Origin: a virus
Taxonomy: Duplodnaviria; Caudoviricetes
Length of the DNA: 60,999 nucleotides
Reading direction: 5' to 3' (one strand)
Virus record (IMG/VR): IMGVR_UViG_3300004281_000002
Location: 1-60,999 of that record
The notes under the pieces are model-generated. The model was given only the letters and a program-made list of their open reading frames with translations, did no database searches and was not told the origin of the DNA. Position numbers and translations under genes: made by a program. Positions within the stretch are counted from its first letter, which is position 1, and every line of letters begins with the position of its first letter. This document shows, in pieces, positions 52,145 through 60,999 of this stretch.

Positions 52145-53109
52145 GGCGTCGCTCCCAAGCCCCCTTTCCACTGATCGAGCGACTTGCCATTACTCGTCAC
52201 AGTGAAGCCAGGAACGCCACCCGTCGCCATCGTTGTGACCGTCTGTGGCGTGCCACGATTCGTCCACGCAATGCCGTCCTTCGAGGAGTAGCACTGGAAG
52301 GTTTGCGCGCCCGAGCGCGTGATCGCCACCCAATCCCCCGACGAGAACGCCGAGGCGGTACGATTCTGCTCGGTGAGTGAGGCCCCGCTATCAGCCACCT
52401 GGAACGAGAGCCAGCCCTGGTTCAGAATGCAGCAGGCGGCATCCTGGGCCGCCGGGACGACCAGGCACGCCCCGACCATGGACCCGGTGTCTCCGCTCGC
52501 CCAAATGACCTGTCCTTCAGCGTAGCTGTCATTCTGAGGCTGAGCTGCATTCCAGACAGCCAGTCCAACCGTCCCCACCTGCCCCGTCGCCGCATTGCTC
52601 GTGATGACCGGCGCGATGGAGTAGAACGTGAGCGGGGTTGTCCATGATGCACCGAGCGCCGGTCCTGCACGGTTGAAGACATCGCTCACCGGCCACGCCA
52701 CCGTGGTTGTGCTGGTCGTGCTGGCGGTCGTGGATGTGGTGCTGGTCGGACCAATCGTAGTCGTGGTCGGAACGGTTGTCGTGCTTATCGGAACGGTCGT
52801 AGTCGTCGGCGGGACGGTCGTGGTGCTGGACGGCGACGGAGGAATCGGTGCGAACACCTGCGATGTGAGCTGCGCCGGCCCCATGTCCCCATTCACCGTT
52901 GGTCCCCGATCCGGCACCATAGGCGAAGTCATCTTCTCCCCCACTTCCGCCCCTTGCCCAACCGGGTACGCAATCGCCGGCCCTTCGCCCCGCGCGTACG
53001 TCGAAGCCAGCACGAGCAGCCAAATGAGCCAGACGAGTATTCCCACCGTCAGCGGGCTAGACAGCGCATCATAGAGCCACTGACGGGCGCTGTGAGACCG
53101 ATACTTCAC
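52141..53109 (-). CDS. Membrane-anchored protein with Thr-rich stalk and beta-sandwich head
   Basis: N-terminal TM; STTTVPPTTTTVP... stalk; SDVFNRA..LGASW head start. Confidence 0.8.
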   Translation of the reverse strand: MKYRSHSARQWLYDALSSPLTVGILVWLIWLLVLASTYARGEGPAIAYPVGQGAEVGEKMTSPMVPDRGPTVNGDMGPAQLTSQVFAPIPPSPSSTTTVPPTTTTVPISTTTVPTTTTIGPTSTTSTTASTTSTTTVAWPVSDVFNRAGPALGASWTTPLTFYSIAPVITSNAATGQVGTVGLAVWNAAQPQNDSYAEGQVIWASGDTGSMVGACLVVPAAQDAACCILNQGWLSFQVADSGASLTEQNRTASAFSSGDWVAITRSGAQTFQCYSSKDGIAWTNRGTPQTVTTMATGGVPGFTVTSNGKSLDQWKGGLGATP

Positions 53110-53513
53110 TGAATCTCAGGTCCGAGAAAATAATCCACGTTCACGCTGCACGTGGTGCAGGCAGTCACGTTGATCCGGTAGTCACAAGCAGGATAGACCG
53201 TGTTCAACGCCGCCGACGCACCCGCCGCCATCACGGTCGAGCTGTTCGCCACCAGCGCCCACGTGGTGGTCGGCCCATTGCAGTTGATCTCCAGCTGCGC
53301 GGTCGAAGTCCCGGCACCTCCCGTGTTCGTCATCATCACAACCAGCGTCCGGTATTTCCCGCGTCCGATCCGCAGGATATTCGCGGACACACCCGTCGCG
53401 GTCTGCGCCGTGACGACGTTGCCGGTTGTAGCGAGCGACGTGTCAATGATCGCCGCCGTCGCTGTTCCCACCAGTAACCACAGTCCCAGAATCGTGCACC
53501 ACAGCCGTCGCAT
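53106..53513 (-). CDS. Secreted-type protein with signal peptide (135 aa)
   Basis: MRRLWCTILGLWLLVGTATA signal; Thr-rich beta protein. Confidence 0.8.
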   Translation of the reverse strand: MRRLWCTILGLWLLVGTATAAIIDTSLATTGNVVTAQTATGVSANILRIGRGKYRTLVVMMTNTGGAGTSTAQLEINCNGPTTTWALVANSSTVMAAGASAALNTVYPACDYRINVTACTTCSVNVDYFLGPEIQ

Positions 53514-53670
53514 GGTTCGCCTCCATCATCTCTCGCGCTAGGGCCAACGCACCCTGCAACCGTTCGATGAGGATGGTCGCTTGCCGTAACCCGAGCCGAA
53601 GATTATCTCGCCGCGCAATCTGCTCGTTCAGCTGCGCTTCGAGTTCCTTCATTCGCACGTCCATATCCAT
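53443..53670 (-). CDS. Small coiled-coil protein (possible fibre chaperone)
   Basis: MDMDVRMKELEAQL...ERLQGAL; TGATG coupling. Confidence 0.65.
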   Translation of the reverse strand: MDMDVRMKELEAQLNEQIARRDNLRLGLRQATILIERLQGALALAREMMEANHATAVVHDSGTVVTGGNSDGGDH

Positions 53671-54413
53671 CAGATCACCTGTGCCGACAGTCGGAGTCGT
53701 GTGCCTACTGGTGGTGTTGTACCTATCCATGCCTCTGCCAGAATCTGCGATGCACGCAGCTCGGTCGGCGTCCCTGAGTCAGTCACCCAGACCTCGGCCA
53801 CGTCCTGGGACGCTCGGAGAGCGGTCGGGGGCTGGTTCTGCATCCAGACCTCGGCCACCGCCTGCGAGACCCGGAGCGGCGGCTGATCGACGCTCCAAAC
53901 CTCGGCTACGTCCTGGCTCGCGTAGAGTCCGGTGAACACGTTATCGACCAGCACATCGATGGCATAGTAGGAGCCGGAGAATGAGCTGGTCGGATACCCG
54001 GTCCCGGTGCCCGCGATGGCATAGCCAATCTGGGTCATCACATAGGCACCGCCACTGCCGATCGTCTTGCCGACGAACGACGTGTAGGCCTGGTAGTTGG
54101 CTGTGTTATGGGAAACGCAGACGCGATAGACGAGGTTGGCCGTCAAGGCGATCGGGGTCGAAAGGGTGAGGGACTGCCAGCCCGAAGCGGTCTCACCCGA
54201 AAAGGCTTGCTGGCCGACCTGGGCCTGCGTATCGGTGCGGTAGATGGTCGCAGTGTGGGTGCCGGTGTCGGTAGAGAGCTTGTTGAAGTAGACCCCTTTG
54301 AGCGTGTTGCCCGCGACCGTGGTGTAGAAGTCGCAGCCCAGGTTGAAGGGGCCGTTCACCTGCGAGGACGGATTGGGAGGCGCCCCGGGCTGGAAGAAGG
54401 AGCCGTCGGCCAT
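53670..54413 (-). CDS. DUF4082-like domain plus four ASQxVAEVW repeats (tail-associated)
   Basis: NLGCDF...GVYFNK...GTHTATIY...FSGETASGWQ...YAIDV. Confidence 0.75.
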   Translation of the reverse strand: MADGSFFQPGAPPNPSSQVNGPFNLGCDFYTTVAGNTLKGVYFNKLSTDTGTHTATIYRTDTQAQVGQQAFSGETASGWQSLTLSTPIALTANLVYRVCVSHNTANYQAYTSFVGKTIGSGGAYVMTQIGYAIAGTGTGYPTSSFSGSYYAIDVLVDNVFTGLYASQDVAEVWSVDQPPLRVSQAVAEVWMQNQPPTALRASQDVAEVWVTDSGTPTELRASQILAEAWIGTTPPVGTRLRLSAQVI

Positions 54414-54414
54414 C

Positions 54415-55896
54415 TTAGAGCGTCACTCGCTGGCCGATTTGGAGCGCAGTCAGGGCGGCGAGCGTCCAGGTGGCGCCGGTGTTGGGATCGACCGCATCGA
54501 CCCGCGCCAGATAGGTCCAGGTCGACGACACCGCCGTATCGACCCCCGCGACTTCGGTGGCCCCGGACTTGACACGCACCTGACCTTGCCGCGTCCCGGC
54601 GTCGCTCTTCCTGATGTAGACCTTGGAGACGACGCCCAAGATGGCGAAGGGGGTCACCGGAAGCGGCCCGACCGTGTAGAGGTCTTCGTCGTTCACGTTG
54701 CTGGAGGCGACATAGTCGGTGTCGCCGTTGGCGAGGGCCTCGGAGACCGAATAGACGTTCCCCGAGAGCGTCAAGAGGCTGTAGGGTTGCGCGGTGGCGC
54801 CCGTCGGTGTGGCCGGATTCGGGAAGCCCGAGGCATAGGTGCGGCTCTGGGTGTAGTACGCGCCGGTGCTGGAACTGGCGAAGACGGGTAACGAGATGTT
54901 GTGATTGAGCGCAAAGTAGTAGGTGATCCCCTGCGCGAGCGCCGGGCCAGCGGCAAAGGTGAAATCGGTCGCTCCCGATGGGTTGGTCACGACAGCGGAC
55001 GTCCCGAGCAGCGCACCCGGCGCACCCGCGCTGCCCGTGCTGTCGTACAGTGCTGCCTGCATGTTTCCAGTCAGCGCCCCGAGCGTCAGCGTCGCCTTGG
55101 TGACGACGCCACTCCTGGTCGGGGTGAATCCCGTGAAGCGCACCGTGTCGGACGCATAGCTCACGTTGCTGCTACTGGAGCCTCCCGCGACGGTCCCGGT
55201 CGCCGCAGGGATGGGGGCGAACTGCTTCTGCGCAGTGTCCGCCATGGCCGGGACGCAGATGGCACGGCAGTCCCCGACCCAGGTGTTCGGCGCGGCGCCG
55301 CTACCCGAGAAGAACAGCAGATCGTCAGCCACCTGGTTCAGATTGGCTGCCGCACCCCCGAAGACGATCACGTTGGCGTAGTTGTTCGCCGTGCCGCCCC
55401 GGCTGTTGAGTCCGGTCGCGACGAAGGTGTCCGACACCGCGCCATTCTTCCGCACGCGCAGCTCGCCGGCACTGCCATCGATCACCACCTTCACCTGGAA
55501 ATGGGTCCAGACGTCCTGGGCGAAGGCAGCAGAATAGGTAGCGAGCACGGTACCAGTCTGAATCCCACTCTTGAGGACGATGTTACCACTCGACTCGAAG
55601 ACGATGGTGCATTGCGCCGTCGCGCCATCACGGTAGGTGATGTAATATTCGGGGCTCGTGCCCGAGAGCGCGGCGTAGCGGTAGTAGGCCATCGCGACGT
55701 AGAGCGTGGACTCGTTGGAGGGAATGGTCTTGGTGAAGTAGATTCCCGGCGTGGCCGCAGCCTTGAGCGCCTGCCCGGTCCCGAAGCGACCAGCCTGGAA
55801 TCCGTTGGTCCCAGGGCCGTAGCTATCCCACACGCTGCGTGCCAGGTCCGCAGCGGTGGAGTAGTAGTCGAAGCCATCGGCCACGATCCATGCCAT
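54415..55896 (-). CDS. Tail fibre / virion structural protein (493 aa)
   Basis: ADGFDYY N-terminus; ConA-like core; DPNTGATWT C-terminal motif. Confidence 0.75.
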   Translation of the reverse strand: MAWIVADGFDYYSTAADLARSVWDSYGPGTNGFQAGRFGTGQALKAAATPGIYFTKTIPSNESTLYVAMAYYRYAALSGTSPEYYITYRDGATAQCTIVFESSGNIVLKSGIQTGTVLATYSAAFAQDVWTHFQVKVVIDGSAGELRVRKNGAVSDTFVATGLNSRGGTANNYANVIVFGGAAANLNQVADDLLFFSGSGAAPNTWVGDCRAICVPAMADTAQKQFAPIPAATGTVAGGSSSSNVSYASDTVRFTGFTPTRSGVVTKATLTLGALTGNMQAALYDSTGSAGAPGALLGTSAVVTNPSGATDFTFAAGPALAQGITYYFALNHNISLPVFASSSTGAYYTQSRTYASGFPNPATPTGATAQPYSLLTLSGNVYSVSEALANGDTDYVASSNVNDEDLYTVGPLPVTPFAILGVVSKVYIRKSDAGTRQGQVRVKSGATEVAGVDTAVSSTWTYLARVDAVDPNTGATWTLAALTALQIGQRVTL

Positions 55897-57884
55897 CAGA
55901 GCAACCCCCGTATCGTCCAGGTCGGATCACCGACACCGCTTGCCGAGACGACCTCGATCAGATCACCGACATGGATCGTCACCGGCGTCGGGAACGTGAA
56001 TCCTCCTGTAGTCGCACCCGACACCCAATGAATCGTCCCAACCACCACCCCGTTCACCTGAATGTTGAAATCGACCGTGCCGCCCGGTGCCGTCTTGCAC
56101 AGTGCCCAACTGCCACCAAGGCCACCAGGAAGCGTGAACGCATAGACCGCCACCCAGGACCCGATGACACCGCTCGATGGCGAGAGCCCTGCGACCGCGC
56201 CTGCCAGCAGGTACGAGGAATTCGTCCCGACGCCCGCCTCCGCATCCTCCTCCAGCAGCACGGAAGAATACTCCAAATAATACGAGATCGGATACGTTGA
56301 TACAGTCGTCTCGCTCGCGTTGTTGAAATTGCGGCACTGAATAATCAGCTGATGCGACGCCCCAACCGCAAGGTTCTGCCACGGCAAAAAGAACGGGACC
56401 TCGATCGGGCCAGTCACCCCATTCGCGTCCGCCGGCTCGAACAACTGGAATTGCCGCCGCAACGTCTTAATCAGGACGCCATCGAGATAAAAGTACACGC
56501 TCACGAAACAGTGATGCAGCACATCCACGGTCGGATTGGTTATCGTATTGAGGAAGAACCCCTGCACCGCTCCGATGAAGTGCCCCCGTCCCGTCGCCAG
56601 CGGCGTGAAGTTCACCGTGTGGAAGTTTGTCGTCGCGTTCGGAATCAGGTAATACGGCGCCCAAAACTCATCGAGAATCTTCGCCATCGGATCGCGGGCG
56701 ATGCGCAGCGCGGTCTGATACGCGTTCGTCACCAGGCCCTTCGCGTTCACCGTGAACGTCGGCAGATGCGTCATGTCGCCGTACGTTCCGGGGGGCACAG
56801 GCGGCACCAGATCGGGGAGACTCAGGTTCGGGTAGATGCCGATGATCGTCGGACCGGTGTTCGGCCCGACTCCCGCGATTCCCGTCGCGAAATCGATCGC
56901 GACGTTCGCCGCCACGGAGAGCCGGCCATCCACCAGCACCGTGTAGGCTGGGACACGGAGGCTATCACCGTAGTTCCCCGGCACCACACCCGTCGCATTG
57001 AGCGGATTCCCCGGCGTCCCTGGCTGCGCTCCGGCGCCGTCCAGATTCACCCAGGCGGTGGCGTTGCGGCCCTGGAAATGGCCGCCTGCGTACTGGATCG
57101 TCCCGACGAGCGTCGAGAGCGCCGGCCCGACCACGATCCCCGCGTCAAGCTGCAAGCGCTCCACGAACGAGGACGGAACCGCTCCGGGCGCATGGAGCGC
57201 CATCACGCCCGCCGCGGTCAGCTCCGCCACTTCCCCGCTCGGACTGCTCCAGGTGACGCCGCCACTCGGCGCATAGGCGCTGAGCACGGTCGGGCTCGCC
57301 ACGAAGCGCGCGGTGCGAGCGTTATTCAGATAGAGCGACGCACCGTCATTCAGCCTGACGTTGCGGCCCGCAGTGAAGGGCCACAACTCATTGAGGCTGG
57401 CGCTCTCCAGCCAGTAGCCGATCGTGGTGTCGGGAGGAGAACCAGGAGGAAGATCAGTCGGAGCGGGAGCACCGCCGATCGTCACCCACTTGGTGCCATC
57501 GTAGAACTGGAGCGCCGTCCCGGTCCATTGGAGCGTGCCAGCCACCGGGAAGATCGACCCAATCGGCTTGAGCATGAGACCGACGACTTCGACCCCGTTC
57601 GGCCCTTCGATGTGCAGCCGATTCCCGGTGCTGATCGACAGACCACCCGGCACCCCGAGCGAGACGCCCCGGCCAGCACTCAGCGGCTGGAGCGCAGTAC
57701 CCGTGTCTTGCCAGTATTGCGTGCCCCCACCACCCCCTGCGCCCCCTGGCTGCCAGCTGAAATTCCCCGTGGCGTCGGACGTGATGACGTAACCCGACTG
57801 CGCTCCCGTGGGCATCTGGAACGCATCGCTGATGACCCGGTGGAAGCGGTGCTCGTCCCAATCGTGGATGACGCGATGGGACAT
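55896..57884 (-). CDS. Tail fibre-like protein (662 aa)
   Basis: GYVITSDATGNFSWQ; two GxYGD...PxYTVxxxG fibre repeats. Confidence 0.75.
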   Translation of the reverse strand: MSHRVIHDWDEHRFHRVISDAFQMPTGAQSGYVITSDATGNFSWQPGGAGGGGGTQYWQDTGTALQPLSAGRGVSLGVPGGLSISTGNRLHIEGPNGVEVVGLMLKPIGSIFPVAGTLQWTGTALQFYDGTKWVTIGGAPAPTDLPPGSPPDTTIGYWLESASLNELWPFTAGRNVRLNDGASLYLNNARTARFVASPTVLSAYAPSGGVTWSSPSGEVAELTAAGVMALHAPGAVPSSFVERLQLDAGIVVGPALSTLVGTIQYAGGHFQGRNATAWVNLDGAGAQPGTPGNPLNATGVVPGNYGDSLRVPAYTVLVDGRLSVAANVAIDFATGIAGVGPNTGPTIIGIYPNLSLPDLVPPVPPGTYGDMTHLPTFTVNAKGLVTNAYQTALRIARDPMAKILDEFWAPYYLIPNATTNFHTVNFTPLATGRGHFIGAVQGFFLNTITNPTVDVLHHCFVSVYFYLDGVLIKTLRRQFQLFEPADANGVTGPIEVPFFLPWQNLAVGASHQLIIQCRNFNNASETTVSTYPISYYLEYSSVLLEEDAEAGVGTNSSYLLAGAVAGLSPSSGVIGSWVAVYAFTLPGGLGGSWALCKTAPGGTVDFNIQVNGVVVGTIHWVSGATTGGFTFPTPVTIHVGDLIEVVSASGVGDPTWTIRGLL

Positions 57885-57887
57885 CGC

Positions 57888-58259
57888 CTAAAAGCCGGTC
57901 TCCAGCTCCACGCCCATCACCTCGACCGACGCCCCGGCCCCGTTCGTGATGGCGGCAGCGAGCCAGTCGAGCATCGCGCAGTAGGTGAACGTGCCCGGCG
58001 CCGTGATCGGGTCGGAGAGCGGCGCGCCCACCGCGACCAGCGCGCCCACGGGCGCCAGCTCCCCGTTCCAAGCATAGAGCTGGATCGAGGTCGAGCCCGG
58101 CGTGAAGCCCGGACTGACCGTCACCGTGAACGGCGTGACACCCTGCATGCGCGCCCACGGGCCGTCCTGCGTGCCCGTCACGGCTCGCAGCAGGGTGGCC
58201 CGGATGACGTTCCGGCTCTTCTCGAACGACGGGACAGCCAGCCCAACGGCTCGGGGCAT
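57888..58259 (-). CDS. Hypothetical structural protein (123 aa)
   Basis: AGGAGG RBS; beta-rich. Confidence 0.75.
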   Translation of the reverse strand: MPRAVGLAVPSFEKSRNVIRATLLRAVTGTQDGPWARMQGVTPFTVTVSPGFTPGSTSIQLYAWNGELAPVGALVAVGAPLSDPITAPGTFTYCAMLDWLAAAITNGAGASVEVMGVELETGF

Positions 58260-58268
58260 AGGAGCCTC

Positions 58269-58538
58269 CTAGTGGCGCTTGGCGGCGTGAGTGGATGGTT
58301 TGGCCTTCGCCGGATGCTCCGGCTGCTCCTGAGGCACGGGAGACGCCTTCGCGGCCCCTCCTGGCTGTAGGCTCGCCAGGTGCGCCTCGTGCGCCTTCAC
58401 CTCCTCGGCCCACCGTGCCCGCTCCTCGGCATGCGCGGTGAGCAGCTGGTCGAGCGCCGCACGCGCCTTCGCGATCTCCTCCTGGAGATCAGCCAGCGTC
58501 ACCTTGGCGTTATGGGTCGCCACCGGATCGTCGCTCAT
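58269..58538 (-). CDS. Coiled-coil protein (89 aa)
   Basis: GGAGGT RBS; ATGA overlap. Confidence 0.75.
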   Translation of the reverse strand: MSDDPVATHNAKVTLADLQEEIAKARAALDQLLTAHAEERARWAEEVKAHEAHLASLQPGGAAKASPVPQEQPEHPAKAKPSTHAAKRH

Positions 58539-58984
58539 GCGACCTCCACCTCGGGCTGCTGCCGGCGCACGAAGTGCCGGCGCAGGATGCGGTCGTTGAA
58601 CGTGAACTGGACCTTGGGGGTCGCCGGCAGCACCCGCAATGCCACGAGGAGCGCTTCCCGCACGGAGTCTACGTCAAGATGCGGGAAGCCGTACGCCATC
58701 GCCTGCTGGAACGGCACGCGATATGCATAGGCAGAGACCCCTCGCGCGCTCAGCCAGGCGACCAGCTCGCGCCGCTCCAACTCGCGCTCCGGGGTCTGCC
58801 GGTTCCGACGCACCGAGCGGACGTAGCGCCCGACACACTGGAGGGCGTCGAGCAGGACGGCCCGGTAGAGCCGCGCAGCCGGCGTGCCCATGTCCACCAC
58901 GTGGAGGTCCCGCCACTGCACCGGCACGATGCTCTCCGGGTCCCCATCCCCATACGCCTCGCGCGCCACCCCCACCCGGTGCAT
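58535..58984 (-). CDS. Hypothetical protein (149 aa, MHRVG...)
   Basis: RLYRAVLLDAL...AWL...F...LDVDSVREAL pattern; start uncertain. Confidence 0.65.
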   Translation of the reverse strand: MHRVGVAREAYGDGDPESIVPVQWRDLHVVDMGTPAARLYRAVLLDALQCVGRYVRSVRRNRQTPERELERRELVAWLSARGVSAYAYRVPFQQAMAYGFPHLDVDSVREALLVALRVLPATPKVQFTFNDRILRRHFVRRQQPEVEVA

Positions 58985-58992
58985 CGCCCACG

Positions 58993-59202
58993 CTACCGGG
59001 GACGCCGTGCCCGCCGCACGAGCGGGCGCGGCCCGGAGAGCACGACCGCACCGCGGAAGCCCTTGGCGAACTTCCGCCCCTCCGGGTCCAGCTTCTGCCG
59101 CGGATAGCGCGGCTTCATGAGCGTCGACAGCTCGCTGATGTTGTCCGCAACCGGTGGCGACACCATCGGCTGCGGCCGATCCGGGACCTTCATCGATCCC
59201 AT
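58993..59202 (-). CDS. 69-aa basic protein containing a copy of the capsid N-terminal peptide
   Basis: PPVADNISELSTLMK vs capsid PPAVIDNISELSAILK; AAGGGA upstream. Confidence 0.55.
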   Translation of the reverse strand: MGSMKVPDRPQPMVSPPVADNISELSTLMKPRYPRQKLDPEGRKFAKGFRGAVVLSGPRPLVRRARRPR

Positions 59203-59508
59203 CGCCGCAGTCCCTTCCGGTCCTGGCGCGCGAGCACCCGCTCCTCAGTCGCAGAGCGCGGCTCGACAGAGCGCTGCGGGACGAGCCGTGGCCCCTGCAT
59301 CTGGCGCAAGTGCCGCTCCGGCTTGCGCCCGGGAATGGGGTTGGGCGCCCGCACGGACAAGCGTCTACCATACGGAGACCGCAAGAAAAAGGGGAGAGCG
59401 CACAGCCCGCATCTTTCCGTGAATGGATGCGGGCCTAGAAGCAAGATGCAGACGCGACTGAACCCGCGACCCGTCTACGGACGAGCCTACGCGACTCCGA
59501 TCCTTTTC

Positions 59509-60999
59509 CTACCAGGGCCATTCAGGCATCTCGTCCAGGCCCTGCTCCCACGGCTCGTCCGCCAAGTGCACGTTGTCCTCGCCGCGCCGATCCGGCGTGC
59601 CGACTGCGTACTCACCCCAGCTCGATCCCTTGCCGTGCTTCAAACGCTGCAGATCGCGCTCGACGCCTTCCCACGCATCCTTGGTCATCGCATTCGGATA
59701 GACCGGCCGCGCTCCACGCTCCGCGAACTGCTCAGGCACGTGACGCGGCGGCAGCCCGGTCTGCAGCATCGGATACTCGGTGTGCACCCGGAAGGCGATC
59801 ATGCACGCCACCGCGAGGTCGTCGTGCGTGAGTCCTTCCGCACGCCCACCAAACTCCGCGTACTGGAATTCGAGCAGCTCAAGAACGGTCGCCGGGTCAC
59901 GCACGAGTATCTCCTGCTCGCTCAAGCCGTGACGGAGATTGTCGATCAAGAGTGGTCGCGTCCGGTACGAGGTCGACCAACCGTAGAAGTTCGTGACGGC
60001 ATGAGTCACCTTGTCGACGCGCTGCCAGACGTAGATGCGCGGATACTGCCGCGTCTTCAGCTCCTCGACTACCGAGAAACCATGCCCGCTGTTCAGCTCG
60101 GGCGCGACGACCGCCTCATTATAGTAGCGGCCGAGACCGTCGAGCACCTGCGCGAACGGAATCGGCGGCAGATGCCCGTGCCAGACCGCCACGACCTCTC
60201 CCACCGTCCGGCTGAACACCACCGCCGCCGCCGGGTCGCCACCTTCCTGTCCACCCGAAGGGTCGGCCCCGATCGTGTACTCATGGTCCGGGACCGGCCG
60301 CCGGTAGATGCGCAGCCGCCCACCCCGGAGCGCCGTCGCCTGATTCGTCGCCGTCGACCATTCACCCTCGAACCGCTCGCTCGCTTCCCGGAGCATCGCC
60401 TCGTGCATCGGAATGAGCACGCTGCGCGGGAATGCGGGCAGCCCCGACACGATGAACGCCTCCGCCGCCGTGATCGGGTACTCCTGATTGAAATACTCGA
60501 CCTGGCCGGCACACTGCGTCTGAATCACGTACCGCCGCCACCAGCACTGTTGCGGTGTCAACCCGAACTTCGCCACCACCTCCTGCTCGTCCGGCTCCAG
60601 CTCAAGCCGCCCATCATGCGGAATCGGCAGCTGGTACTCCTCGATCATCGGCCACCCGATAAACACCGGAGTGAAGCCGCTGATCCCCTCTTCCGCCCTG
60701 AGCCACTCGGCATGGAAGCTGTTGCCCATGCCGCGAGCCGTGCTCTCGATCACCACACCCGACTGCGGCGTCGGCGGCACCGCCTGAAGCGTGGCAACCA
60801 GCGTCTGCGCCGCGTTCGGAAACGCCGCATATTCGCTGAGATGCACCCACTGTAAGGTCACGCCACGCCCACCCTCCGTCGACCCCACACCCGCCGTCGC
60901 ACACGTGATCGTCGAGCGCAGCTGTAACTCCCCGTCATCACACCGAATGGCGTCCAGCACCAGCTCGTCCCGCCGAGCCACACCGAACTTGATCGGCAA
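59509..60999 (-). CDS. terL: Terminase large subunit (5' end outside the window)
   Basis: GRG.T...VHLSE (Walker B), IESTARG (coupling motif), FNQEYP, IGADPSGG, APELN, HDDLAVA (RNase H-like nuclease). Confidence 0.95.
   Translation of the reverse strand: MPIKFGVARRDELVLDAIRCDDGELQLRSTITCATAGVGSTEGGRGVTLQWVHLSEYAAFPNAAQTLVATLQAVPPTPQSGVVIESTARGMGNSFHAEWLRAEEGISGFTPVFIGWPMIEEYQLPIPHDGRLELEPDEQEVVAKFGLTPQQCWWRRYVIQTQCAGQVEYFNQEYPITAAEAFIVSGLPAFPRSVLIPMHEAMLREASERFEGEWSTATNQATALRGGRLRIYRRPVPDHEYTIGADPSGGQEGGDPAAAVVFSRTVGEVVAVWHGHLPPIPFAQVLDGLGRYYNEAVVAPELNSGHGFSVVEELKTRQYPRIYVWQRVDKVTHAVTNFYGWSTSYRTRPLLIDNLRHGLSEQEILVRDPATVLELLEFQYAEFGGRAEGLTHDDLAVACMIAFRVHTEYPMLQTGLPPRHVPEQFAERGARPVYPNAMTKDAWEGVERDLQRLKHGKGSSWGEYAVGTPDRRGEDNVHLADEPWEQGLDEMPEWPW

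Noticed and set aside
53670-57884. Diversity-generating retroelement or invertible tail-fibre cassette
   Set aside because: I saw no reverse transcriptase, invertase or template/variable repeat pair.
30502-60855. Very long plus-strand ORFs (e.g. 30502..32622, 36260..38185, 43438..45324, 56352..58370, 58639..60855)
   Set aside because: They are antisense shadows of real minus-strand genes in high-GC DNA, with Arg/His/Val-rich unstructured translations and no motifs or RBS.
1-60999. tRNA/rRNA genes, integrase/att sites, DNA polymerase, alternative genetic code
   Set aside because: None recognised by eye. Standard-code ORFs tile the minus strand densely, and all three stop codons terminate genes.

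Overview
A 61-kb stretch of a high-GC tailed dsDNA phage with podovirus-type architecture. Almost all genes are on the minus strand. Read in transcription order (right to left): the 3' part of the large terminase; tail-fibre-like and secreted/membrane accessory genes; a lysis module (holin candidate, GH19 endolysin); portal, scaffold and major capsid; small basic proteins; head-tail/nozzle proteins; ejection (internal virion) proteins, including an SLT lytic transglycosylase and a giant Pro-rich/LPD38-like protein split by a one-base frameshift; a replication/recombination block (SSB-like, GHKL ATPase, CHC2 zinc finger, HTH initiator with internal repeats, RuvC-like, PD-(D/E)XK exonuclease, RecT-like, UvrD); and a small-gene early region (ParB-like, DUF932, UDG-like, tiny membrane peptides). 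I saw no integrase, DNA polymerase, tRNA or CRISPR array. The main novelty is a candidate RNA-based regulon. Twelve early/middle genes share an extended ribosome-binding motif, (C)GCAAGGAG, that I did not see at late gene starts. A ~100-nt, three-hairpin, terminator-ended minus-strand intergenic RNA at ~16218-16315 carries the exact antisense of that motif, plus a loop antisense to the start codons of two of those genes. Also notable: a second candidate antisense RNA opposite the replication-initiator leader, and a small ORF that copies the capsid N-terminal peptide with different codons. All family assignments come from motif recognition by eye, not database searches.
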